Shown here one piece after another: positions 47,222-56,900 of a stretch of DNA of 64,000 nt (position 1 is the first letter of the stretch; each line of letters begins with the position of its first letter). The DNA comes from an uncultured bacterium (GTDB lineage: Bacteria > Zixibacteria > MSB-5A5 > GN15 > FEB-12), in NCBI GenBank assembly GCA_965603125.1, contig CBFDBU010000002.1, positions 2,046 through 66,045 of the forward strand. Direction: 5' to 3'. The translations under genes and the position numbers were made by a program. The notes beneath the pieces are model-generated. The model was given only the letters and a program-made list of their open reading frames with translations, made no database searches and was not told the origin of the DNA.

Positions 47222-48418
47222 TCAGGACGATCGCAGCTCGATCACGGGTGCCTCCGGAGGACACCCCAGACGAAAAGGAAACCAGTGGCCGACGCCGGAT
47301 GACGTGTACAAGTGACTCCCGCCTTTCCGATAGTGTCCCCACAGGTACTGCCGGGGCCAAACGCTTTCAAAGAGCGAGTGTCCCCCCAGTCCCACCTGGC
47401 CGCCATGCGTGTGTCCGGCCAGGGTGAGATCCACGCCCGTCTCGGAGGCGTAATTCAAAGCGTCCGGGCGGTGACTGATAAGGAGTGTGAAGTCTGACCG
47501 GGAATCGGCGGCTGAGAAACATTGGTCGATGTGTCGCTTGAAAAAGGCGCGGTCGGCTCCTCTCATACGCTGGGGGTCGTCGATTCCCCCCAGCAGGAAC
47601 CTGCTCCCGTCGGCATCGAGTGTTACCGCCTGGTCGACCAGGAGCGGCACGGGTGAGCGCTCGAAAGTCCGCTTGACCTGAGTCAGACCCCGGAAATGCT
47701 CATGGTTGCCCAGGCAGGCGTAGACACCGAGGCGAGGGCCAAGACTGTTCATCATGTTGATGGCGTCGCCCAGTTGCGACAGGTTGTCGGCTATGTCGCC
47801 CGAGACCACCACCAGGTCCGGTTTTAGGAGATCAGCCTCGGTCAGGACCTGCTCCAGGTTATCGAGGCGGACGTAGTGTCCCAGGTGAAGATCCGACAGG
47901 TGCAGAATCCTCAGACCGTTCAGGCCCGGCGAGAGGCTATCGAAGTGTATCGGCTTCAGGAATACGTTCACCCCGGCGAAGGCCCGTGTGACCCCGGCCC
48001 CGCCCATACTTACCGCCAGCAGGGGAAGACCGGCCGCAGCCGCCTTGAGCACCGCCCGGCGGTTGCTGTCGACGGGTCGCGCTTTGCCGCTGCGATCACG
48101 CCCGAGCCGGTCGAGGATCCAATTGGCGAGATGCAGGAAGCCCGACAAAGGGAGCGAGATCATCAGCGCCAGTTCGCTCACCAGTGTCACCACCGCCAGG
48201 ACGGCGCCGGGCCAGGCCAGCCAGTCCCGGCCGCTGTACTCGCCCCACCCCCAGAGCGCTACGGCAACGACGCCGATAAGAGGCAGCGCCCAGGAGGCAG
48301 TCCGCAGGCGTCTGTTGATCCACCACGGTCGGTTGAGAAAAGCCAGCAGAAGAATCTCAGCGGCGCCGAGGACCAGGATGACCACGGTCGCAAAGATGAG
48401 AGGGAAAAACTCGCGCAT
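47222..48418 (-). CDS. Membrane-anchored calcineurin-like metallophosphoesterase
   Basis: About 4 N-terminal TM segments, then 'ILHLSDLHLG', 'SGDIAD', 'LGNHE', 'LISHRP', 'AGHTHGGQ'. Confidence 0.85.
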   Translation of the reverse strand: MREFFPLIFATVVILVLGAAEILLLAFLNRPWWINRRLRTASWALPLIGVVAVALWGWGEYSGRDWLAWPGAVLAVVTLVSELALMISLPLSGFLHLANWILDRLGRDRSGKARPVDSNRRAVLKAAAAGLPLLAVSMGGAGVTRAFAGVNVFLKPIHFDSLSPGLNGLRILHLSDLHLGHYVRLDNLEQVLTEADLLKPDLVVVSGDIADNLSQLGDAINMMNSLGPRLGVYACLGNHEHFRGLTQVKRTFERSPVPLLVDQAVTLDADGSRFLLGGIDDPQRMRGADRAFFKRHIDQCFSAADSRSDFTLLISHRPDALNYASETGVDLTLAGHTHGGQVGLGGHSLFESVWPRQYLWGHYRKGGSHLYTSSGVGHWFPFRLGCPPEAPVIELRSS

Positions 48419-48556
48419 CTATCCTCCGGCTGTGGCGTTACCCGTGTCCCTACCGAATTATACGAAACCGCGCGGCAGGAAGCTGTCGCTTTTTTGGTTT
48501 TGGCGCCAGGTGTATTCGAGAACGCACATGATGGCTGCACCGCCGGTGGTACCAAG

Positions 48557-50155
48557 TCATTTTCTCCAGGCGGCGGCGCGGAAGACAATCAGCACCGTGA
48601 ATATCTCCAACCGCCCCAGCAGCATCGAGAAAATAAGTATCCATTTGGCCGGAAGCGGGAGCCAGCCGTAGTTCTGGGCGGCGCCGATACCTGAAAGTCC
48701 CGGTCCGATGTTTCCGATAGTGGCGATGGAACAGGCGACGGCGGTGGTCAGATCGGGCACGAAAAGAGTCATCAGGAAAGCTGTCAACACGAACAGGCCG
48801 ATAAAGAGGATGAAAAAAGCGACGACGTTGATGACCATCTTGTCATCGACGGCGCCGTTGCCGATCTTGATGGGGGCCACCAGCCTCGGTTGGGTCAGCT
48901 TCCGCAGTTCATTGATGGCCACCCGGAACACAACCATAATTCGTACCATCTTTATTCCACCGCCGGTGGAACCCGCGCACCCTCCGAAGAACATCAGAAG
49001 CACCATCAGGATTCGCAGGAAATCAGGCCAGATATCAAAATCGGCGGTTGTGAAACCGGTGGTGGTGACCATCGCCACGGCCTGGAAAGCCGCCACCCGG
49101 ATCGAGTCGTACAAGCCATTGAGCAGGCCGGCCTGCTCGTCGTAGTGTCGGGCGAACTGCTCGGAAGTCATCTGCTCATGACGGTAACTGTCGGCTGCTG
49201 TCTCCAGGGGCGTAGGTCCGTTGGCGTACAGGACGATGGCGATAACCACGATTGCCGCCAGGATCACGAAGTTGTAAAAGACGAACTCCTTGTTTCTCAC
49301 CATCGACCCGAGGTCCCCCCGCAGCGCTCGGAAATGGAGAACGAAGTTCACTCCGGCCAGATACATGAAGATGATAATGACCCACTCGATGTAGTCTGAG
49401 TGGAAGGCCCCCACCGAACCATCTTTCGTGGAGAAGCCGCCCGTAGCCATCGTGGCGAAAGCGTGGCAGACGGCGTCGAACAGGCTCATGCCGCCGAGCA
49501 TCAGCATCACCGTCTCGGCCACCGTGAACAGAAGATAAACACCCCACAGAATGGATGCCGTCTGACGCAACCGGGGCCGGAGTTTATCCTTGCTGGGACC
49601 GGGGACCTCGCCGCGAAACATTTGATAGCCGGACATCCCCATCGCCGGAAGGATGGCGATGGCCAGCGTGATTATGCCCATACCGCCCAGCCAGTGAGTG
49701 AGAGCCCTGAGGAAAAGCAGGGAGCGGGGGACGGCCTCAATGTTGCTCAGGATCGAGGCCCCGGTGGTGGTGAAACCGGACATGACCTCGAAGTAGGCAT
49801 CGGTGAAAGCCGGGAAGATGCCACCCCATCCATCCGGACCGAATGTAAGAAAGTGCAGGCACAAGGGGATGGAGGCGACAAAAGCCAGGCTGAACCAGCC
49901 TATGGTAACGATGGCATAGCCCTCCTTTATCCCCTGCAAATCCCGGCCGCCCCGACACAAGGTAGCCAGAAGGGTGCCCACCACAAGAGACAGCACAATG
50001 GCCTCGATGAAGCCAAACACCTCGGGAATGAAAAACAACTCGCCGGGATCAAGCGCCCTGTTGTCATAGATGGCAATTCCCAGCGGAACCAGGAGCACCA
50101 GCCCCATTACCTGCATGAGTTTGCCAATGGCGTAGGCAACTGCCGTCTTATGCAT
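48557..50155 (-). CDS. trkH: TrkH/KtrB-family K+ transporter membrane subunit
   Basis: 532 aa, polytopic, with repeated 'TTTG(F/A)' selectivity-like motifs ('GFTTTGAS', 'ATGGFST', 'VTTTGFTT', 'IGNIGPG'). Confidence 0.85.
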   Translation of the reverse strand: MHKTAVAYAIGKLMQVMGLVLLVPLGIAIYDNRALDPGELFFIPEVFGFIEAIVLSLVVGTLLATLCRGGRDLQGIKEGYAIVTIGWFSLAFVASIPLCLHFLTFGPDGWGGIFPAFTDAYFEVMSGFTTTGASILSNIEAVPRSLLFLRALTHWLGGMGIITLAIAILPAMGMSGYQMFRGEVPGPSKDKLRPRLRQTASILWGVYLLFTVAETVMLMLGGMSLFDAVCHAFATMATGGFSTKDGSVGAFHSDYIEWVIIIFMYLAGVNFVLHFRALRGDLGSMVRNKEFVFYNFVILAAIVVIAIVLYANGPTPLETAADSYRHEQMTSEQFARHYDEQAGLLNGLYDSIRVAAFQAVAMVTTTGFTTADFDIWPDFLRILMVLLMFFGGCAGSTGGGIKMVRIMVVFRVAINELRKLTQPRLVAPIKIGNGAVDDKMVINVVAFFILFIGLFVLTAFLMTLFVPDLTTAVACSIATIGNIGPGLSGIGAAQNYGWLPLPAKWILIFSMLLGRLEIFTVLIVFRAAAWRK

Positions 50156-50161
50156 GGCCGG

Positions 50162-51535
50162 TCATTTCCGCAGCCGAGTTCCACGCGGCTGGAAAAGTTT
50201 CGAGATTGCCGGCAGGTTCTTGTGGCGAGTGATCATAATGACGTGATCATCGGCCTCGATGACGGTGTCACCGCCGGGGAGGATCATCCGGTTTCCCCTC
50301 ACGATCACGCCCACGATCGAGCCCCTTTTCAGTCTCCGGGCCAGCTTCCAGATGGGAACCCCGGCCACGTCGCTTTCAGGCGCAACGTTGAACCGAACCG
50401 CCTCGATGTCGACGTGGGACAGAGTCACCACGGCCCCGATATGACCGAGCGAGACGATCTCGAGAATCTCACGCGCCGCCGTAAGCCTCGGGTTGAGAAC
50501 GTGATCGATGCCGATGGAGTGGAAAAGCCGGTCGTGCTGCCATTCCGTGGTGATGGCGATGACCTCATGGGCGCCCTCAGCTTTGGCCAGCAGGGCGGAA
50601 AGCATATTGTAGTCGGCGGCGTTGGAGGTAGCGATCATGAAGGAGGCGCTGTCGACATTCAGTTCGCGCAAAAGGTCATGCTGCGTGCAGTCCCCATGAA
50701 TGATCTCGATGTTGTCAAACATGGCGGCCGCCTTCTCAGCCTGCTCCATGTCGGGATTTACAAACTGCACGGTGTTATCGGTGACATCCAGAGCCCGGGC
50801 CAGTTCCAGAGTGGCGTACGAGTCACCGGTAATGATGATTTTGCGCGTCTTCTTTCGTTCGACATTGACCAACCTGAGAAAGCGATCCAGCGACTCCCGC
50901 GCGAAGAGAGAATAGACGATATCGCCGGGAAGGATTTGCATATCCCCGTCAGGAATCATGCCCGAGCCGTTGCGGACGATGGCTGCGAACAGAACAACGT
51001 CGGGCGCGATCTCCTGCCGAATTTCCCGGGGTGTTTTGTTGGCCAGCTCCATCCCCTCACGCACGCGATAGCCGCGCATGAGGATACGCCCGTCCTCGAA
51101 GTTGGCCGACTCCACCGCGTGCGGCGTCTCCACGAACTGCAGGATATGGTCAACCAGCACTTTCTCCGGATGAATGACCGAGGTAACGCCGATCCGGGAC
51201 AGGTCGACCGCGCTGTTCTCCTCGGCAAACTCGCGGCTGCGTAGCCGGGCGATCCTCTGACCCACGTTGTACTGGGCCGCAATGGCGCAGACGATCATGT
51301 TGACTTCATCGTCGGGGGTGACCGCCAGAACCATGTCGGCATCGGCCAGACCGGCCTCCATCAGCACCGACGGAGACGAACCGGGGCCGTTCAGCAACTG
51401 CAGATCGAGCTTCTCGGCCATCGACCGGCAGAGTCCGGAATCCATCTCGACCATCGAGAGCTTGTGCTTCTCCTTGATCAGGTGCTCAGCCAGACTCTGG
51501 CCGACCACGCCGCCGCCGACAATTACAATTCTCAT
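50162..51535 (-). CDS. trkA: Trk system K+ uptake protein TrkA (two RCK/NAD-binding repeats)
   Basis: 'MRIVIVGGGVVGQSLAEHL' and a second 'KIIITGDSYATLELARAL' Rossmann start; 457 aa. It stops 6 nt before trkH. Confidence 0.9.
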   Translation of the reverse strand: MRIVIVGGGVVGQSLAEHLIKEKHKLSMVEMDSGLCRSMAEKLDLQLLNGPGSSPSVLMEAGLADADMVLAVTPDDEVNMIVCAIAAQYNVGQRIARLRSREFAEENSAVDLSRIGVTSVIHPEKVLVDHILQFVETPHAVESANFEDGRILMRGYRVREGMELANKTPREIRQEIAPDVVLFAAIVRNGSGMIPDGDMQILPGDIVYSLFARESLDRFLRLVNVERKKTRKIIITGDSYATLELARALDVTDNTVQFVNPDMEQAEKAAAMFDNIEIIHGDCTQHDLLRELNVDSASFMIATSNAADYNMLSALLAKAEGAHEVIAITTEWQHDRLFHSIGIDHVLNPRLTAAREILEIVSLGHIGAVVTLSHVDIEAVRFNVAPESDVAGVPIWKLARRLKRGSIVGVIVRGNRMILPGGDTVIEADDHVIMITRHKNLPAISKLFQPRGTRLRK

Positions 51536-51756
51536 ACTGCCACTATTTCGGCCAAAGCCGTTTCCAAGTCAAGGGTTTCCTTTTTCGCAGGGAGGCCCGC
51601 GGTTCGGCTTTTCAGCAGGCAGAAACTCTGTCTGTTTTCAGGGGTCTACCAACTTGAGTGGAATCATATCCATCGCCGGTTTGAAACGAGATAACAGAGT
51701 AACACGCCATCGCGCGTCCGGCAGGGGCACAGGGAGCGTCCGGTGGGGCTAACTGC

Positions 51757-52809
51757 CTACTCGTTAAGGTCTTTACCCAGCCGCTCAAGGTCGTCGGTGG
51801 GACCTATCAGCACCAGTGTATCAAGCTCACCGAGCACAGTGCCGGGCCCCGGAGCGATTGTCATCTTGCCGCCGTGTTTCTTGATGCCGATAATCGTAAC
51901 CTCGTAGTTGTCTTTGAGTTGCGATTCAACCAGGCTCTTCCCTGCCAACTGACAGTCCTTAGGGATGACAATCTCCTCAATTGACAGTTCCCCCTCACCC
52001 AGAGTAGTCATGTGCATGAAGTCCAACACGTTGGGACGCAGAGACGCCATAGCCATCCGCGCGCCGCCCAGGACGTGAGGGGAAACGACATGATTGGCGC
52101 CGGCGCGCATGAGTTTGGTCTCCCCTCCTTCGCAGTCCGCCCGGGCTATTATGTTCAACTCCGGGTTCATGTGGCGAGCCGTGAGGGTCAGATAGACGTT
52201 GTGAGCTTCGTCGGGCAGCGTCGAAATCAGGGTCCGCGCCCTGTCGATTCCGGCCCGGCGAAGGGTGTCCTCCTCGGTAGCTTCCCCTTCGATGAACAAG
52301 AAGCCTTCGGAATCCAGACGTCGGATCGCATCGGGCTCCTTTTCTATGACCAGGAAGGGTACGTTCCGGCTGACAAACTCACAGGCGACCTGGCGCCCGA
52401 CACGACCAAATCCGGCAATTATATAATGCCCGGATAGTTTTTTGATTCTGGTTTCCATTTTCTTCCTGCCAAACATCTGCTTTAACTGACCCTCAAGGAC
52501 GATCTGTCCAATGGTGGTGGCCGTGAACGCTCCCAGCGCCACGCCGAAAGCGATCAGAAACATCGCAAAAATCCGACCCGCCGGATGCAGGGGGCTGATT
52601 TCCCCGAAGCCTACCGTCGACAAGGTGATGACTGTCATGTACAGGGCGTCAAGAAGGCTCATCCGCTCGATGAAAGCAAACCCGACTGTTCCGGAAGCAA
52701 CGACCAATGCAAGGGCTACCAGAGTCAAACCCACGTTCCGTATCTTTGTGGTCCGCTCCGTGGACCAGCGGCCCATCACCCTTGCGTCGGAGATGCCGTT
52801 CGCCTTCAA
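51757..52809 (-). CDS. Two-TM K+ channel with cytoplasmic RCK (TrkA-N/TrkA-C) domain
   Basis: Pore/selectivity filter 'TLSTVGFGEI'; 'HYIIAGFGRVGRQVA' Rossmann. TTG start in the track; alternative ATG at 52776. Confidence 0.85.
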   Translation of the reverse strand: MKANGISDARVMGRWSTERTTKIRNVGLTLVALALVVASGTVGFAFIERMSLLDALYMTVITLSTVGFGEISPLHPAGRIFAMFLIAFGVALGAFTATTIGQIVLEGQLKQMFGRKKMETRIKKLSGHYIIAGFGRVGRQVACEFVSRNVPFLVIEKEPDAIRRLDSEGFLFIEGEATEEDTLRRAGIDRARTLISTLPDEAHNVYLTLTARHMNPELNIIARADCEGGETKLMRAGANHVVSPHVLGGARMAMASLRPNVLDFMHMTTLGEGELSIEEIVIPKDCQLAGKSLVESQLKDNYEVTIIGIKKHGGKMTIAPGPGTVLGELDTLVLIGPTDDLERLGKDLNE

Positions 52810-52986
52810 TATCCGCCCTCAGCAAATGGTGTCTGTCCTCTCACGCCGGCAGCATCGACTCCGAGCAACGGAGGTATCAACTCCGTTCCGCCCGATTCCT
52901 CGTCGGTTCCTCTCATTCGACTATGGCGAACTCCTGGTTGTCGATCAGAGTTCAAGAAGCCATTATGCTTGACCGAAATCAACAAC

Positions 52987-53427
52987 ATGTTTACCAATTC
53001 CCGGATGGATTCCTCTTCCTCACAGCGTAGTTCCGCAAGGAAGTTCCTTATCTATCATCTGCCGGTCATTCTCTATGCCGCAGCAGTTCTGGCCGTATCC
53101 TCCCTGCCGGGATTGCAGCCACCCGACATGAAGGTGGTGGCTCTGGACAAGCTGGCTCACCTGCTGGAATACGCCATCTTTTCCTTCCTTACTTACCGAT
53201 CCTTTTGCCGGTGGGAGTTACGACTGATGTCCAGGCACGCCTTTTGGTTTTCCACCCTTTTTCTGTCGTTGTTTGCCGCTTTCGACGAGACATTCCAGAG
53301 GTTCATACCGGGTCGCTCTTCCGAGGTGTGGGATGTTCTTGCTGACCTTCTGGGGGCCTTGCTGGTGCTGGCTATCCTGGAAACGCGCAGGAGAAAGGCA
53401 GCCGGGGGCCGGGACTACTGCTCATGA
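52987..53427 (+). CDS. VanZ-like membrane protein
   Basis: Internal ATG 52987 of ORF 52585..53427. 'DKLAHLLEYAIFSFL', 'FDETFQRFIPGRSSEVWDVLADLLGALLV'. Confidence 0.65.
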   Translation: MFTNSRMDSSSSQRSSARKFLIYHLPVILYAAAVLAVSSLPGLQPPDMKVVALDKLAHLLEYAIFSFLTYRSFCRWELRLMSRHAFWFSTLFLSLFAAFDETFQRFIPGRSSEVWDVLADLLGALLVLAILETRRRKAAGGRDYCS

Positions 53428-53482
53428 TTCATACAATCTTCCGCCACAACAGCTTGATGGCAGGTCAATTTCTTTTAATGCC

Positions 53483-53510
53483 TTGACAATCTGTGGGTAA
53501 GTGATATATT
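53483..53510 (+). promoter_or_regulatory. Strong sigma70-type promoter with extended -10, about 430 nt upstream of gene C
   Basis: TTGACA (53483-53488), 16 nt, TGaTATATT (53502-53510). Confidence 0.55.
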
Positions 53511-53570
53511 TCCGCTGGTTGGGCTACGTTTGCGGTCAAGCCCCATTTGGCGAAGGCCGACTGCCTTCCT

Positions 53571-53650
53571 TCTGGTCTGACAATGTTGGTCGCGTACATG
53601 CGCAGATATTAATAGTCGTATCTGGTCTAACGAAACTGGTCCGGTCTTGA
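53571..53650 (+). promoter_or_regulatory. Direct repeats TCTGGTCT(G/A)AC spaced exactly 50 bp apart, plus a third degenerate copy, in the leader of gene C
   Basis: 'tctggtctgac' at 53571-53581, 'tctggtctaac' at 53621-53631, 'ctggtccggtcttga' at 53636-53650. Confidence 0.3.
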
Positions 53651-53675
53651 ATCTACACTCGAGGAGGAACAATTG

Positions 53676-53960
53676 ATGCAAGCGGCAACCAGTGAGCAGC
53701 TTGGCATGTTTACCCGGCCTTTTTCGATCATGGCTGTTGCAGATTCGAATACTCCCCTCGTGCCTCGGCGCAACTGCCCGGCGGCGATGACGGGAACTTC
53801 CCTGCTCCACAGCCTGCTGAACATCGAGAATGAGCACCGGCCGGGAGAAGTGCTCCTTCGGACCGGGGAAATCAATTGTTCGTCCCCGTCTGGAATATCA
53901 GGATCAGGTGCGATGTTCTTGAACTCTATCAGGAGATTGGCGAAATGCGGTTCAGATTGA
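53676..53960 (+). CDS. Possible 94-aa leader ORF overlapping the start of gene C by 16 nt (uncertain)
   Basis: GAGGAGG lies 8 nt before ATG 53676. Third-codon G/C is high in the first about 60 codons. 'LLHSLLNIENEHRPGEVLLRTGE' faintly resembles the start of a cNMP-binding domain. No family recognised. Confidence 0.25.
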   Translation: MQAATSEQLGMFTRPFSIMAVADSNTPLVPRRNCPAAMTGTSLLHSLLNIENEHRPGEVLLRTGEINCSSPSGISGSGAMFLNSIRRLAKCGSD

Positions 53961-56900
53961 TAATACTCTTGGCTGTTTTTTCAGCCCTGTCGGCTGGTTT
54001 GATCCAGGGTCAAAGCCTGACGCTGGATCATGTCGACGGTTTGAATACTACCGGCGGTCTGAAGATGGGTGTACCGGTGACGTTCTTCGTCCGTATGACC
54101 GGCGATGAGAACTACTACGGCGGCGCCACCAACGGCTACCGGGTTTATTCGCCTACCGGCGCCCAATGGACCACTACCGTTGCCGATACGACCGGGGCGC
54201 TGACGGCGTCGATATATGAGCAACAGTACGTTAAGCATTTCTCGGTCACAGGTTCCGGAGCCGACACAGTCGGTCTGGGATGCTGGCGGCAACTGAACAG
54301 CACCGGCTTGCCTGTGGATTTCGACGACGTGGTTTTCGAGATCCAGATCGGTCCCATCGACCAGACTTACGACGGCGGGCAGATCTGTCTTGATTCCAGC
54401 TACTATACGCCCTCCGGTGTCTGGAAGTGGGCCGGTCCCGACGCCTTCCCGGCCTGGGACGGGCCACACTGCTTTACTATCGGGGAACTGCCCGGCGACC
54501 CGCCGGTGATCGTCTGCCCGACCGAGGCCTATCCGGATGTCGAACTGTGCAGCGTAGAGCGGGTCTGCGTTCCTTTGTCCATCACAGATTACGAGACAGT
54601 CACAGTCGATATGGAAGGCGCCGAATGGGACGAGGGACAGCTCTGCTTCACGCCGCAGTTGCCGGGAGGGCCGTACACCTTCCACGTCGTAGCAAGCAAC
54701 TCCGCCGGTTCGACGGACTGCTACGTGAACGTGAACGTATTCTTCATCCCCCAACCCTCTATAGCGTGCCCCCCCGAACCACTGGACACGGCGCTCTGTG
54801 GTCCCCAGGCAGAGGTCTGTATCGACCTTGAGATTCTCAACTACGGAGAAGTCACCGTGAACGACGCTGAGTGGGCCGAGGGACAGCTCTGTTTTGAAGC
54901 CGATACGGTGGGCACTTACACTTTCCATATCACCGCGACAGCCACTGACCCCATGTGCGAGGCAGTTGAATGTGATCTGACGGTGGTAGTGGATTTCATC
55001 CCCGAGCCGATGATCCTGTGTCCGGAATCGCCCATTCCGGATCATTTGTACGGAGTCGGTGACGCCTGTGTGATTCTTCAGATAGTCAACGCCACCGACG
55101 TATATGTCGAGGGCGCTACTTGGGAGAATGATGAACTGTGCTTCTTCGCTGACACTTCCGGGAGTTACGACTTCGACGTCACGGCCGAGGATGATTGCGG
55201 ACGCCAGGCGTTTTGCCAATTGACAGTCGAAATGGTGGTTACGCCGCCGTCCGAAGACGACATCCTGACCATACCCACCGTGCCGGCTGTTCCCGGATCG
55301 CGTGTGGCGATAGCTGTCGGTATTGAAAACCTCTGCTCCCTCGACTCAGTGATGGCTGCTCTGGGCCCCGGAGGTGAGTTCGAGTTCCTTGATCTGGACT
55401 CGATTTCATGGGTTGGATCGGTCATCGAACACTGGAGCAATAAAGAAGTAATTCACGAGAACCACAAGTCAACGCTGGTCGCCTCGGCCTCTATCGGTGA
55501 GGATCCTGTTCCGGCCGGTAAGGGCACCCTGGTGACCTTCCATCTAACCGTGGGCCACGACGCTCCGGAGAGTTTCTGTCCGATAGTGTTTGTGGACCCC
55601 CCACCCGTTTTTCGATATGACTGTGGTTCCGGACCGGTCCAGGTTGCTCCGACCGCAATCGACGGCGGTGTTGTCATCGGTACGGCTGAGAATTACGTCT
55701 GCGGTTACGTGGTCGATCCTCAGGGAAGCGCCATTGAAGGCGCTACCGTTGAACTGTGGTCCGATTTCCCTCGCGGTTTTATCGATGACATGACTTATAC
55801 CGACGGCACCGGGCTGTTTGAGTTTTTCAACTCGACCATTATCCCCTTCGACCTGTGGGCATACAAAGACGGTTACTATCCGGTCAGGGTGGAAGACCTG
55901 AACTTCGCCCAGACCGGTATTATGATTACCCTGACGACCATCGAGCCGGTCACGCCGACTCCCGAATGGGTCAATTTCTACTGTCCCTTCAGTACCTACC
56001 TGGGTGACGCGCTGCCGGTCGGCTCGGTCATCGATGCCTTTGCCGAGGGAGTCCACTGCGGCAGTTTCGCCGTCAGCGAACCCGGCAAGTACGGCTTCCT
56101 GCTGGTTTACGGGGACGATCCTTACACGCCGGAAATCGACGGCGCCGGTCAGGGTGACCTTATCCGCTTCTATGTCAACGGCGTCGAGGCGATCCCATCG
56201 GTCCCGGCCTTCTGGACGTCCAAAGGAGATGTCTACGAAGTCTGCCTCGAGGCGGCCACCCCCACCGTCCACTCTTGTGATCTTGCCGAGGGCTGGAACC
56301 TGGTCAGTTGGAATATCGACCAGGGAAACAACAACATCACCGAGGCGCTGGCCTCAATAGAAGAATGCCTGATTGTCGTTCTCGGTTATGAGGCGGGCGG
56401 CCTGACCTATGATCCCACCCTGCCCCTGTTCTCGACACTGAACTACGTGGATTATCTCAGCGGCTACTGGATCAAAGTCGACTGTGATATCACCCTTGAA
56501 ATAACCGGTACGGCGGTGCCGGTCACAACTCCCATCCCGGTGACTGAAGGATGGAACTTAGTGTCATACCTTCCCGGTGAGACACTGGCAACCCCGATTG
56601 CCTTAGCGTCGATCCACGACGACCTGATCGTCGCCTTAGGCGCCGACAATGTCTACCAGCCCGGTGACCCCCTCAACTCCCTGCTGGAGATGGACACGTG
56701 TCACGGCTATTGGGTTAAAGTAGCGCAGGGCGGTCAGTTGATTTACCCCGGACCGATTCCAGCGCCTGCTCTTCAGGTCAGGGCGAATCTCGTGGCCGCC
56801 AAGGGTGTGCCGGGTTTGATACCGACCACCCGCTGGATGAACCTGTACGCCCATGAGTTGTTGCTTGACGGCGCACCTGTCCCGGCAGGAGCGACCATAA

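Noticed and set aside
51536-51756. Possible c-di-AMP (ydaO-type) or other riboswitch in the 220-nt gap upstream of trkA, and in the 177-nt gap upstream of the K+ channel (52810-52986)
   Set aside because: Only a loose 'GCCGAACCGCGGG' resemblance to the 'CCGAACCCG' block. The paired 'GGGGACCCA' / 'GGUGAAUCC' elements and the pseudo-two-fold symmetry are not visible. This needs an Rfam scan, so it is not reported as a feature.
53556-53581. SRP (4.5S) RNA-like motif on the minus strand: 'GTCAGACCAGAAGGAAGGCAGTCGGC' versus the consensus 'GTCAGGTCCGGAAGGAAGCAGCC'
   Set aside because: The tetraloop would be AGAA instead of GGAA. The conserved 'GGAAGCAGC' carries an inserted G and the 5' side a deletion. 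The flanking helix pairs better on the plus strand (G-U pairs become A-C mismatches on the minus strand). I could not fold a closed helix 5/8. Only an Infernal scan with RF00169 could rescue it.
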